Assembly (NCBI RefSeq): GCF_963921235.1 | Contig: NC_086109.1 | Location: 32,986,001 to 33,050,000, forward strand | DNA length: 64,000 bases | Source of the DNA: Mobula hypostoma | Taxonomy: Eukaryota | Direction: 5' to 3' | In this document: positions 49,975-63,209 of the stretch, piece after piece | Numbering within the stretch: position 1 is the stretch's first letter | How the letters are laid out: every line of letters starts with the position of its first letter | Program-made: the position numbers and the translations under genes | Notes under the pieces: model-generated | What the model saw: the letters and a program-made list of their open reading frames with translations, nothing else | What the model was told of the DNA's origin: nothing | Database searches by the model: none

Positions 49975-52684
49975 TGCCAACCAACCGGAAGGATTTTCGA
50001 TCCATCGGATGGACCGCACAGCGTCTTCGGGCAAGACGAGGGGAGGTGGTGTCTGCCTACTGATCAACACTGGGTGGTGCTCGGACACAGTGGCACTGAC
50101 AAACTCCTGCAGCCCGGACCTGGAGCACCTGTCGGTGAAGTGTCGTCCCCACTATCTGCCAGGGGAATTCACCTCGGTCGTACTGACAGCGGTCTACATT
50201 CCCCCCCCAGGCAGACGTGGAGTGTGCTCTGAACATACTGTATGCCAACATCAGTGAACTTGAGACCAGGTATCCGGAGGCTTTGCTCATTACAGCTGGG
50301 GACTTTAACCAGGCCAACCTCAGAAAAGCGCTGCCAAAGTTATACCAACATGTCTCCTGCCCCACTAGAGGCCCGAATATACTTGACCACTGCTACACAG
50401 CAGTCAAGGATGCCTACCATTCCGTCCCATGACCTCACTTCGGAAAATCAGACCATCAGGCCGTACTCCTCCTCCCAGTTTACAAACAGAAACTGAAGCA
50501 GGAGGTCACAGTGTCAAAAGTAGTGTCACGTTGGATGGAGGAAACGGATGAGGGCCTCCATGATTGCTTTGAATTTGTGGACTGGTTAGTATTCAAGGAC
50601 TCGGCAGCTAACCTCGATCAGTATGCCTCAGCTGTCACGGACTTTATTTGGAAATGCACGGAGGACTGTGTGTCTCGCACGACAATCTGGGAATTCCCTA
50701 ACTGGAAACCTTGGATGAATTATGAGGTCAAGTCCCTTTTAAAGGCTAGAGCTGCGGCTTTTAGGTCCGGGGATACCAGTCGCTACATGAAATCCAGACG
50801 TGAACTCCGGAAAGCCACTATGGGTGCCAAGAGGCAATATCAAGCCAAGTTGGAAGCCCAAGCTAACCAAAGGGATGTCAGTAGACTATGGCAGGGTCTA
50901 AATGAGATCACTGGGCGTAAAGAAAAGGCTGGGAATATCAATAACTGTGGCACTTCTCTTCCTGATGAACTTAACGTATTCTACACAAGATTCGAACAGA
51001 AGAGGAGCGTCCCATTCTTTCCGGATGAACCGGACCTGGTGGCATCGAGATTCACCGTCACCGAGGAGGACGTTAGAAGGGCCTTCCTGAAGATAAATCC
51101 AAGGAAGGCGATGGGCCCAGATGGCGTCCCAGGATGGGTTCTCCAGGCCTGTGCAAGCGAGCTAGCTGGAGTGTTTGCTGACATCTTCAACTGCTCCTTG
51201 CTTCAGTCTAAGATCCCCTCATGCTTTAAGAAGGCAACGATAATCCCAGTGCCGAAGAAGAGCAAGGTGGCATGCCTGAATGACTATCGACCTGTGGCTC
51301 TGACATCAATTGCTATGAAGTGCTTCGAGAGATTGGTTATGGCACACATCAACCACAACCTACCGGTCAACCTCGATGCTTTGCAATTCACCTACCGGAG
51401 CAACAGGTCAATGGCAGATGCCATCTCTCTGGCCCTACATTCCTCCTTAGAACACCTGGAGAATAAAGACGCATACGTAAGGCTCCTTTTCATTAACTAC
51501 AGCTCTGCCTTAAATACCATCATTCCAAATAAACTGATTCCTAAGCTCTGGAACCTGGGCCTTAGCACTCAGATCTGCAGCTGGATCTTCAACTTCCTCA
51601 CAGACAGGACCCAGGCTGTAAAAATAGGGGACAAGCTTTCCTCTACAATCACTCTGAGCACCGGTGCCCCACAAGGCTGTGTACTCAGCCCCCTGCTGTA
51701 CTCACTGTACACCCATGATTGTGTAGCCAAGTTTCCATCAGACTCAATACATAAGTTTGCTGATGACACAACAATTGTAGGCCGTATCTCGGGTAATGAT
51801 GAGTTTGAGTAGAGAGAGGAAATTAAGACCCTGGTGGCATGGTGCGAAGACAATAATCTATCCCTCAACGTCAACAAGACAAAGGAATTGGTTGTTGACT
51901 TCAGAAGGAGTAGCAGACCGCATAACCCAACTTACATCGGTGGTGCGCAAGTGGAACAGGTCAAAGCTTTAAGTTCCTTGGGGTCAATATCACAAATGAC
52001 CTGACTTGGTCCAACCAAGCAGAGTTCACTGCCAAGAAAGCCCACCAGCGCCTTTACTTCCTGAGAAAACTAAAGAAATTTGGCCTGTCCCCTAAAATGT
52101 TCACTAATTTTTATAGATGCACCTTAGAAAGCATTCTTCTAGGGTGCATCACAACCTGGTACGGAAGCTGTCCTATCCAAGACCAAAAGAAGCTGCAGAA
52201 GATCGTGAACACGGCACAGCACATCACACAAACCAATCTTCCGTCCGTGGACTCACTTTACACTGCATGCTGTCAGAGCAGTGCTGCCAGGATAATCAAG
52301 GACACGACCCACCCAGCCAACAGACTTTTCGTCCCTCTTCTCTCCGGGAGAAGGTTCAGGAGCTTGAAGACTCGTACAGCCAGATTTGGGAACAGCTTCT
52401 TTCCAACTGTTGAACGGAACCTGACCCGGATCTGGGCCATACCCTCCAAATATCCGCACCTGCCTCTTGGTTTTTTTGCACTACCTTACTTCCCATTTTT
52501 CTATTTTCTATTTATGATTTATAATTTAAATTTTTAATATTTACTAATTTTAACTATTTTCAATATTTATAATATTTAATATTTGTAATCCAGGGAGTGG
52601 GAAGCGCAGAATCAGATATCGCTGTGATGATTGTACGTTCTTGTACCAATTGTTTGGCGACAATAAAGTATAAAGTATAAAGTT
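49975..52684 (+). mobile_element. Rex1/Babar LINE, long copy (APE endonuclease plus RT) with few lesions
   Basis: RGGGVCLLIN, AGDFNQ, LDHCY, SDH; 433-aa ORF 50511-51812 with [35 protein letters not shown]; (TAAAGTA)n tail. Confidence 0.95.
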
Positions 52685-53494
52685 ATATAAAATATAAATG
52701 TTATCTGCTAACCATAAAAAGAATTTAATTATTCATAGACACAAACAGCAAATTTGTTTTGCTACTGGCAGAGCAATATTTATCACAAGCTATATTGTTA
52801 AATAATTTTACAAAAGAAATTGTAAGAGTCTCAGACATGAGAAGTAAAAAAAACTGGAGAGGTAATAAAAACAGTAAGTGCTCAGTAGGTCAGATTGCAT
52901 CTGTGAGAAGAGAAACAGAATTAGCATTTCAGGTCATCAAAGTTGGGAAGAGACAAAAGAAACTCAATAATTTGCAGGGAGGGTGGGGGAGATGTCTGAT
53001 AATGTAAATAGTGACCGTGAGAATATGTTGTAAACAATGTTATCTGATCAGTGAATGAATGGGAACAACTGGACAGTGAACTCTAGCTTGTATCAGTCTG
53101 CCAGGGTGAGTGACCCTGAGCTTCCCATTGACTTCCGCTCTGAATCCCCCACCCCACTGCACCGTTACAATGAGGCCCAGCACAAGCTTGAAGAACAGCA
53201 CGCCAACTTCCAGCTGGTCAGGCTGTAGCTTGTTTGTGAAACTCATACTGAATTCTGCAACTTCAGGGAACTTGATTTCGCTGAGGATGCTGGAGGGAAT
53301 CCACAGCTCATGCAGGATCTATGGTGAGAAACAGAGAGTTGGTCGATGTTTTGGGTCGAGATCCTTCAGCTGTACACTGGAGGAGCAGCACCTCACGTTC
53401 CATCTGGGCAGTCTAGAACCCGACAGAATAAGCAATGAATTCTCCAGCATCTGATAAACTGCTCTCCCTCTCTCTCTTTTCTCACGCTTCCTTT

Positions 53495-53910
53495 AGAGAG
53501 GGGGCAGAGGAGATTTACCAGGATGGTGCCTGGAATAGGGAATAGGTCCTATGAGCAAGCTAGGGCTTTTCTCTTTGGGGCGAAGGAGGATGGGAGGTAA
53601 CTTGATAGAGGTGTGTAAGTTGTAAGAGGTATGGATGGTGAGTGCAGTCAGCACCTTTTTCTCAGGGAGGTAAAGGCTATTACTAGAGGGCATCGTTTTT
53701 AAGGTGTTTGGTGGGAAGTATATGGCGGGGGGGTAGTCAGCGGTAGGTTTTATCCCAGAGAATGGAATGCACTGTCAGGGATGCTGGTAGAGGTAACATA
53801 TTAGGAGTATAGGCGCATGGATGCAAGGAAAATGAAGGGCCATGTGGGAGGGTAGGGTTACATTAATTTTGGAGTAGGCACAACACTGAGCTGTACTACT
53901 CTGTATCCTG
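53495..53910 (+). mobile_element. CR1 3' fragment preceded by old Penelope-like scraps (~52850-53460)
   Basis: QRRFTRMVPG..FSL.RRRMGGNLIEV; upstream LEEQHLTFHLGSLEP. Confidence 0.65.
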
Positions 53911-54879
53911 TGTTCATATTCATTCATTCTGCTCCATGCAGGTTAACATCATGATCCCTAAAAGGTCCTAGCCTTTTGTTCCTTTATGCATTCATCAGAC
54001 TGTAACTGGGGCACCACAGTGGTGCTGCAGGGAGCACCTCCTTTTCACGGCTGCGGAGACTCAAGTTCAAACCTGACGTCTGTATGTATGGAGCCTGCAC
54101 ATTCTCCCTCGGACTTCACCACTGGATGCTCTGGTTTCCACCCACATCCCAAGGATGTTAGACTAGCTGGCAATTTTAAACTGTCCCTATTGTATTAGGT
54201 GCCAATGGCCACGTATAATGCATAAGGTAACAATGAAATGTGATGGAAAAGGAAAATTAGGATTAGTCTGAGAGCCAGCATGGACTTAATCGGCCAGTAA
54301 TCTTTCTATTTTACCTTAAGCAAATATGAGAGTTGTTGCACCACAGGAGATTAGTCAGTCCATTGAGTCTAGGTCAGCATCTGGCACAGTTATCCTTTCA
54401 GCCCCATTTCTCCAAATGAGCCTGCAAATTATTCTCTCTCACTATCCTTTATGGGTATTTGCTGAGTTAGCAACTATCCATAATCCACCATCACCACCAC
54501 TAATCCTCCTGTGCACACCCATTACCTCCACAGTCCCCACCCAAAACTCATGTGTCCTAAATCAGAAAAACATTTTCAAAGACAACAGATCAGTTGTTTT
54601 TCCCTTGTTGCCCTTAGTGAAAACTCTGTGCCAAGGAATTATTTTTATCACAAATTATGGAAGAATTCACCAAAGTGTTAGAGCCAAAACAAAGGAGTGA
54701 CTTTCATTTTCATCTGTCAGCATTGGATTCAGGCAAGAAAAAGAGTAGGAGCACTTTCCCGTTTCTGAGCCTCACCCTTCCACACCCTGGGAAATAGAAG
54801 GTATACTGCCCATGATTTTCCAGTGATTCATTTTAGAAGATTGAATATAAATTTCTGCTCTAATCTATTCACTGTAAGG

Positions 54880-55490
54880 CCTTCCTTCCTTCCTTCCTCC
54901 TTGCGTCCTCCGGGTGGAGTCGTTGAGGTGCTGTCATGTCAAGCTTTGCAGCAGTCTGTTCCATCTGTTGCAGTTGTGTGCCAGAGCCTGAGTCACCTCA
55001 AATGTTTTCCCTGTCCAGTTTTTAATGTTGTCCGTCCATCTTATCCTCTATCTACCTCTCCTTCTTTCCCCTCCACAGTTCCTTGTAGAATGGTCTTTGC
55101 AAGGCCACTGGATCTTGTTACGTGGCCGTACCATCTCAGCTTTCTTTTCTTCACCATTGTGAGAAGGTCATCATGGGGGCCAACGTGGTGCTGGATGGTC
55201 TTGCGGACCTGCTCGTTTGTGATGTGGCCCGAGTATGAGATGCCCAAGACGTTGCGATAGCATCTCACTTCCAATGCCTATATCTTCCTCTGTAGCTCTG
55301 CTGTGAGGGTCCATGTCTCACATGCGTACAGGATGATGGAGAATACCAATGCACGCAGGAGTCTGATCTTGTACTTCATGATGATGTCACTGTCCCTCCA
55401 TATTGTCTTGAGTTTGGATAGTGCAGCCATTGTCAGTGCGGTTCTTGCCAAGACTTCTGGTCTTGATCTTTCATCATGTAAGGTCATGAT
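54880..55490 (-). mobile_element. RTE-clade LINE 3' fragment with (GGAA)n tail
   Basis: KIRLLRALVFSIILYACETWTL..EVRCYRNVLGISY..KRKLRWYGHV..KTILQGTVEG. Confidence 0.9.
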
Positions 55491-55629
55491 CCCCTTATGG
55501 ATATTTATTGCATCTGCTCATAAAACTTTTTATCCTATTAAAGTCTGGCTGAGAAGATATAAATTGGTAAATTGGTAAATGAGAGAATGGTCATCAGCCA
55601 TGGCAAATACATATATTCAAATCCAGACA

Positions 55630-55917
55630 GAAAAGGCTTGAAATCTCCATATTAGAACGAAGATGAGGAGGAATTTCTTCAGCCAGAAAGTGGTGAATCT
55701 GTGGAATTCTTTGCCACAGGCAGTCGTGGAGGCCAAGTCTTTATGTATAGTTAAGGCCGAGGTTGTTAGATTCTTGATTGGTCAGGGTATGAAGGGATAT
55801 GGTGAGAAGGCAGGAGATTGGGGCTGAGAGGAAAATTGGATCAGCCATGATGAAATGGTGGAGCAGACTCGACGGGCCAAATAGCCTAATTCTGCTCCCG
55901 TATCTTATGGTTTTATG
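55630..55917 (+). mobile_element. CR1 3' end
   Basis: Typical CR1 3' end as in other copies; related fragments at ~13005-13258 (-), 44960-45312, 60360-60635, 62125-62283 and 63790-64000. Confidence 0.8.
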
Positions 55918-56855
55918 GAATATGTCAATGATAGTAAATTTGATTCTGAATATTTTAATATTACGTGTTTCAGAATAAAATATTACTTGATTCTCAACTT
56001 TAATGTTTTTTTTGCCTTATTTTGGTACTTGTTAAACAAATACAATCAAGGTTACCTTGTGACTGGCAGTGACTAAAGTTCCCAGCTGAGTATCATCTGT
56101 AACACAGGTCTGCAGGTGCCAGAAGTCCAAAGTAACACACACAAAATGCTGCATGAACTCGGCAGGCCAGGCAGGAACAGCCTGTTGATGTTTTGGGCTG
56201 AGACCCTTCTTTAGGACTCATAATCTCCAGCATAATCTCTGACTTGTTTCCTCTGTTTTGCACTATCAACAACATCAGTCGTTTGGCTTCAGTATTCAGT
56301 GTGTAAGCAATCATCAGCGCGCCTTAATTTTACAAAATAAAATACTGTAAAATTAAGGTCTGCAAAGAGAAACCGGGTTTTCTGATCAGTGATCCTTTGT
56401 CAGCCTGAAATGCCACCACTGTCTAGTCTGCTGAATATTTCAAGTATTTGCAGATTTTTTTTTAATTTCAGGTTTCCAGCAACTAAATGTTTTGCTTTCA
56501 TAGAAGTTTAATTATGGAAGCTGGATTTTCTCAAGGTGTGTTGGTATCCTCCAACTTCCTAATGAAACACAGGATGGTCCCTAGTATGTAGGTTATGAGT
56601 AGAATCTGGGAAGTTAATGGGCATGTTTGGAGAATAAAATGGAACTATTTTAAATGGGTGGTTCATGGTCAGCACAGACACAATGGCACGAAGGATCAGC
56701 TTTTATGCTCTATCCTTCTAAGACTACTTTGAAGGGGACTGTTGGATGAAGGAACTATTGGTTTCACTTTTAGGGCAGTAGTTAACTGGTACTTTAAGCA
56801 ACAATTACTCAGTTTACGGTTCCTAACACTGAAATTATAACAAGACACACAGGGA

Positions 56856-57570
56856 CAGTACAATTCACCACAATTAAGTGGCTGCTCCAATTGTCAAAGT
56901 TTCATAGATATAGCTAAAAAAAAAACAGAGTAACAAATTACCTATTTAAATGAAGTTATAGAACAAATTAGAGCACTACCAATAGTAGTACTACAGTACT
57001 ATAAAACTGTGTATTAGTTCCTATTAGTTACCAATGAAGGAATTCACCCATTGGAAGCAAGGAACAAAATCAGCATAGACACCTGGTACAGAGGTGCCTG
57101 ACGACCTTCATACAATGCTTTCGATGCCTGCATCCTTTAAAATCATCACATCAAAGTTCCTATCTTGCTGAAGTAATGAAATCTTTTCATTTTCACTCCC
57201 AGCCGTTTCCAACATCTCCAAGCCTGAATGCTTGAAACCGCAGCGAGCCAAGCAGTTTGGAATTGTCTTACTGCTTATTTCTTGCCAACTCTCAGTGACA
57301 AAAATGACTGCTTTTTGAACACAAGCGCATGCAGCCGATGGTATTTTAAAACTATCCACTCTAAACAAGGTCTAACAGCCATATAAGAGCACACAACTGT
57401 CCAGTTAGAACCTACTTGCAACAGTCTTCTGCCCTAATTAAGCAGTGTGATGTCCCAAATAAATGAAGGAAATACCAGCAATATTCTCAATTAGTTTTCT
57501 TCTTTAAGATTTGTCCCAACAAGCAGCTGCCGTTATTAAGTGATGGCTCAATTAACCAGAATACATTGTA
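56856..57570 (-). mobile_element. Tigger/pogo-like DNA transposon deletion derivative
   Basis: VQKAVIFVTESWQEISSKTIPNCLARCGF resembles the pogo/Tigger transposase C-terminus; degenerate cagta../..cattgta termini. Confidence 0.6.
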
Positions 57571-58317
57571 TATACTGTATATGAACACAAATTATTATTG
57601 TTACTGTTTAGGAACGATCTTTCAAGAGTAGAGTACTAGAAGTCAAAAATGAAGTAAAAAGAATATTTTGTTTGCACTGAGATTTGGTCAGACTATATCT
57701 GAGTTGGATACTGAACATCAGAAAGGTATCTGGGTCTTTTAAGGGACACAGTGCTTCAATTAACCTGAATAACGCCTGGGGGTGTGTTGTAAGGACAGTA
57801 GGCATAAATCCTAAAGATATTTCCTCAATTTCCTGAAGTTGTGGGTCAATCTAATGCAGAATGAGATTTTTTTTTAGAAAATATATTTTCACACCAAGGG
57901 CTGCTGATCTCTGGAGCTCTTGCCATGAAATACTGAATATGCTAGGAATGATCAATCTTTATCAGTTAAGGGTATCATTAGAGAACAAAGACAGGGAAAT
58001 GAAATTAAGCCACAGGATACCAAAGACTTAAGTAAATGGTGCAACAAGCCAGAGGGGTGGATCAACTACTGGTCTTCATTTGTTTCTCAGTTGCTAATAG
58101 ACGGACTCAAATTTAGAAACAGCTTCCTCTGCTGTCAACACAATCTCAATGTGGGCTGTGCTAAAAAGCAATATTGTATTAAAAAAATCCTCCCTCTATT
58201 GTTTGAACAAAAGAAAAATAAATAATCTTTTCTTGTAATCTCTGTTCAAGATTTGGAACACAAGAAAACAAGGAAGAAAGTTCACTCTGTCATTAAAATT
58301 AGCGCCCATTCTTCTCA

Positions 58318-59553
58318 AACATGAGGAAATTTGCAGATGCTGGAAATTCAAGCAACACACACAAAAAATGCTGGTGAACGCAGCAGTCCAGGCAGCATCT
58401 CTAGGAAGAGGTACAGTCGACATTTCGGGCCAAGATTCGTCAGGACTAACTGAAAGAAGAGATAGTAAGAGATTTGAAAGTGGGAGGGGGAGGGGGAGAT
58501 CCAAAATGATAGGAGAAGACAGGAGGGGGAGGGATGGAGCCAAGAGCTGGACAGTTGAACGGATACAAGGCTGGAGAAGGGAGAGGATCATGGGACGGGA
58601 GGCCAAGGGAGAAAGAAAGGGGGAGAGGAGCCCACTATAGTGAGAGGGACAAAGGGAGAAAAAAAGGGAAAAAAATAATAATAATAATAATAAATAAGTA
58701 AATAAGGGATGGGGTACAAAGAGGAGGTGGGGCATTAACGGAAGTTAGAGAAGTCAATGTTCATGCCATCAGGTTGGAGGCTACCCAGACGGATTATAAG
58801 GTGTTGTTCCTCCAACCTGAGTGTGGCTTCATCTTTACAGTAGAGGAGGCCGTGGATAGACATGTCAGAATGGGAATGGGATGTGGAATTAAAATGTGTG
58901 GCCACTGGGAGATCCTGCTTTCTCTGGCGGACCGAGCGTAGGTGTTCAGCAAAGCGGTCTCCCAGTCTGCGTTGGGTCTCGCCAATATATAGAAGACCGC
59001 ATCAGGAGCACCGGACGCAGTATATCACTCCAGCCGACTCACAGGTGAAGTGTCGCCTCACCTGGAAGGACTGTCTGGGGCCCTGAATGGTGGTGAGGGA
59101 GGAAGTGTAAGGGCATGTGTAGCACTTGTTCTGCTTACAAGGGTAAGTGCCGGGAGGGAGATCGGCGGGGAGGGATGGTGGAGGGGACGAATGGACAAGG
59201 GAGTCGCGTAGGGAGCGAGCCCCTTATTTATCTCTCCTCTCTCCCCCCCTTTTTTCTCCCTCTGTCCCTCTCACTATACTAGGCTCCTCTCCCCCTTTCT
59301 TTCTCCCTTGGCTCCTGTCCCATGATCCTCTCCCTTCTCCAGCCTTGTATCCGTTCAACTTTCCAGCTCTTAGCTCTGTCCCTCCCCCTCCTGACTTCTA
59401 TCATTTCGGATCTCCCCCTCCCACTTTCAAATCTCTTACTATCTCTTCTTTCAGTTAGTCCTGACGAAGGGTCTCGGCCTGAAACGTCGACTGTACCTTT
59501 TCCCAGAGATGCTGCCTGGCCTGCTGCATTCACCAGCAAGTTTTGTGTGTGTT
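58318..59553. mobile_element. Penelope-like insertion: minus-strand body (58318-59220) plus an inverted plus-strand pseudo-LTR, 14-bp TSD
   Basis: TSD gcccattcttctca at 58304-58317 and 59554-59567; GIY-YIG coding sequence on the minus strand. Confidence 0.92.
59457..59492 (+). ncRNA. Minimal hammerhead ribozyme
   Basis: AGUC-CUGACGA-AGGGUCUCGGCCU-GAAACGUC-GACU; the partner copy at 58415-58447 (-) has a stem II deletion. Confidence 0.8.
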
Positions 59554-59735
59554 GCCCATTCTTCTCAGTCGTTTCTTAAATTCAGATAGCCAGGGGTAAA
59601 TGATTGGCAGAGTGATACCAAGCTAAAAGCACCAAATTGTGAGAACTAAAATAGAAAGACTGAGCACGTGCTCTCTTGAATTAAACCGATATTTAACTGG
59701 ATAATTTAAAAGATTTGACCGAATTGATATGGGGA

Positions 59736-60225
59736 ATCTGAATCAGAATCAGGGTTTAATATCACTGGAGTATGTCGTGAAATTTGTTGTTTTGAAGCAG
59801 CAGGGGTGCAATACATTACAAAAACTATAATTACAATAAGAAACATATTAAAAAATAAATTAATTAGGTGGTGCATAAGGAGAGCAAATAAATTGTGAGG
59901 TGGTGTTCATGGATTGATTTACTGCCTGGTCTTTTGTGAAATCTGATGGCGGAAGGGAAGAAGCTATTCCTAAAATGTTGACCGTATGTCTTCAGTTCCT
60001 GTAGCTCCCCCTTCATGGTAGCAATGAGAAAAAACGCATGTCCTGAGTGATGGGGGTGCTTAACGATAGATGCCACCTTTTTGAAGCATCACCTTTTGAA
60101 GATGTCCTTGATGCTGCGGAAGCTCGGGCCCCTGATGGAGCCGGCAGAGTTTGGAACCTTCTGCAGCTTTTTCTGATCCTGTGGGGCAGCCCCTCCGTAC
60201 CAGATGGTGATCCATGGTACATCTG
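59736..60225 (-). mobile_element. Rex1/Babar LINE 3' fragment
   Basis: ITIWYGG..KKLQKV..HSGHAFF..FRNSFFPSAIR; ctgattctgatt tail. Confidence 0.8.
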
Positions 60226-61109
60226 TGGAAACCGGTTTCTTTGATGGGTGAGTTGTAACTAGGCTACTCAAGGGGTAATGTTAAAAACCCCTTTTTCACA
60301 AAACTGCTCTTCCTACTTCTTCCACTAAACCCAAATGCTTTGCTGGGATAGGATATTGGGTGAAAGGTGAAAGGTGAAAAGCTTAAGGGGAATATGAGGG
60401 AGATCTTCTTCATTCAGAGGGTCAAGAGAGTGTGGAATGAGCTGCTAGCACCAGAGGTGCATGTGAGCTCGATTTCAACATTTAAGATAAGTTTGGATAG
60501 GTAAATGGGATGGTAGGGTATGGAGGTCTATGGTCCTGGTACAGGTAGATGGGAGAAGGCAGAATGGCTTAGCACAGATTGGATGGGCCAAAGGGCCTGT
60601 TTCTGTGCTGTACTTTTCTATGATTCCATGACTCTATTGCAGAGTATTGAGCCAAGGAAGGTAAAAGAATTAAGAAAGTAGTCAGCCATGACTTAATTGA
60701 TTAGCTGAACCATTTCAATAGTAACATGAAAGCATATCTCTGTTCCTTCAATATGTTTGATGTAAATCTTTCAACTCCTTAGCCAACAGCAGCGACTGAA
60801 GAAGGGAACTCACCGCCATTTTCCTTAATCAGGGACAGGTGTGCTATCCTTACAAGTGACACCACAATTCCAAAATGTGAATGAAAAGCAGAGAAACGCT
60901 CTTTTGTTCCATAATGAACAAGCGTTTATGACTTTTCTAAGAAATAGCATGCTTTGAAGCCACTGATTTCACAGTAATGAATATCAGTCTTTAACGGCGG
61001 ATAGGTTATAATGTATTTATGTTTGAAATAAGATTTCATTCTTTAGAGATTACCATATGCATAAGGAAAAGAGTGAGGTGTGTGGAATTATCCTGTTTAA
61101 CACTGCAAC

Positions 61110-61612
61110 TCAGTCTACTGAGCTGTAGATTCCCATTCCCGTTCCAACATATTGATCCATAGCCTCCTCCTTTGCCACAATGAGGCCATTTTCAGGGTAG
61201 TGGAGTATGGGTAGCCTCCAACCTGATGGCATGAACACCAATTTCTCCTTCCGGTAACTTTTGTTTTCCTTCTTCCTCCCCCTTCTTGCCCGACACCAGC
61301 CTCTTACCCGCCTCCTCACTTGCCCATCACCTGCCCCTGCTGCCACTCCATCTTCCCTTTCCCCCACAGTCCACTCTTCTCTCCTATCAGACTCCTTTCT
61401 CTCCAGCTCTTTGCTTTTCCTTCCCACTTGTCTTCACCTATCACCTTCTTGCTGTCCTCCTTCCACTCCCCCCCCCCCCCCAAACTTCTGGTGTCTTCAC
61501 CCTTCCTTTCCAGTCCAGAAGAAGGGTCTTGGCCTGAAACACTGACTGTTTGTTAATTCCCGTAGATGCTGCCTGACCAGCTGAGTTTTTTTTGGCATTT
61601 AGCGTGTGTGGT
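61110..61612 (+). mobile_element. Old Penelope-like 3' fragment with a decayed hammerhead (61512-61547)
   Basis: GSLQPDGMN motif and pseudo-LTR; similar old pseudo-LTRs at ~42390-42705 (+) and ~56100-56220 (-). Confidence 0.75.
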
Positions 61613-62893
61613 TTTTGTAAGTTGTTTGGAGTAAGTGGAACTTACCTTCTGCATGGTTTAGATAAAGATGTTCAACTCATTACTATGCAAATAGAACTAA
61701 ACAAAGTCTGGCTGCTGGGGTATTATAAAATATGATCTTCTCACAATAGCTCAACACAGTTTAGATCCCACACCCCGAGTTTGAGTACCTAATAAAACTT
61801 CAACTCAGCTGTTTCCGAGGTGGTTGCTTATTATGGGGAGGAGATGATGAATTCAATGATGCAAAAAATCTAATTATAAAATATATCAAAAGGCAATAAT
61901 AGAATCATTTGCCAGTATTTATATTTTCAGCGTTGGGGATGGGGTATATAACACCCTTCAGACTTGCAGACTATGAAAAAGTGGGCATGTCACCTATGCA
62001 TTTCATCTGCTTAATCTTAACGGACAGAATATCAAGGATGAAGCTTATTCTTCAGTGTACTATCACTTACACGTAGAAATATAAATTAGTACATACATGG
62101 CAGCACATTTCCAAAACTTTCAGAGGTTGATAGATTCTTGATTAGTCAGGGCATGAAGGGATACTGGGGGAAGGCAGGATATTGGGGCTGAGAGGGAAAA
62201 TGCATCAGCCATGATGAAATGGCGAAGCAGATGCAATGGGCCAAATGGCCTAGTTTTCTCCTATATCTTATAGTCTTATTATGGCAAAATCCATTAGGTG
62301 CATAAATAGTAATGGATTGAATATGCACAGATCTTATTAAGAAGAACGAGTGGAAACACTGTGCTGTTTCATCAACACAAAACTTTCATCAATTCTCATA
62401 AAGAGGCAGAAGACCCAGGCAACCTTTTATGCCATTCACTTCAAGGTTTCCATTTCTTTTTATGCCTTGTTAACGTTTCACTGATCATTTTTTTTTCAAG
62501 AAAAATAGATCCTTCTCTAAGAAATAAAAAGACATTTTCATACCTAATAAAGGCATCGGTTTCATATTCACAATAAATATTCTAATGTAGGAATAAAATG
62601 CTTCAAAATGCTGATTTCTTACCTGGGCTTTGTGGCAATTCAGTACCTGTTGTAAAGTAGGAAGAAGGCAGGCTTGTAAATAGTTCAATCGGAGTTTATT
62701 GCAAAAAGTTAATCATGATATCATGTACAGTATACGGTAACCCACAATTCTGGGATAGGTGGTAATTATGTTCCTCTGGAGCTAGAAGTTTGGTGCAAGG
62801 ATAAATAAGTAGCAGATTCCACAGTGGCTAGCATCTACTATCATTCAAAAAGCACAATTTGCCAGGATTCTTCAATCAAGATAGAAGCTCTTT

Positions 62894-63209
62894 CTTTCTT
62901 TCTTTTTAAATCTTTTTATTGAGTAAGTATACAAAAAAGGTAAGCCATATAAACATTAATACAATGTTAAAGTATAATAAAATTCCAAAAGATATCAATA
63001 CCAAAAAAAATACTACAAACAATGTAATGTAAACATAAGAAACCAAGATAACATAATAGTATACTAAATTTTATATATATCAATGGAAAAAAAAAGAAAA
63101 AAAAAACCCCCAAAAAAAACCCACCGTGCAACTAACTAAAAGCAAGGCAAAGCAATGGGCTAACTTGAAACCAAACAGAGTTAAAATTAAAATCACGTCC
63201 TCAATCCCA
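62894..63209 (-). mobile_element. L1/Tx1-like LINE 3' UTR fragment
   Basis: Minus strand is T-rich with AATAAA and an A-rich (GAAA)n tail; TSD aagctcttt at 62885-62893 and 63210-63218. Confidence 0.65.
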
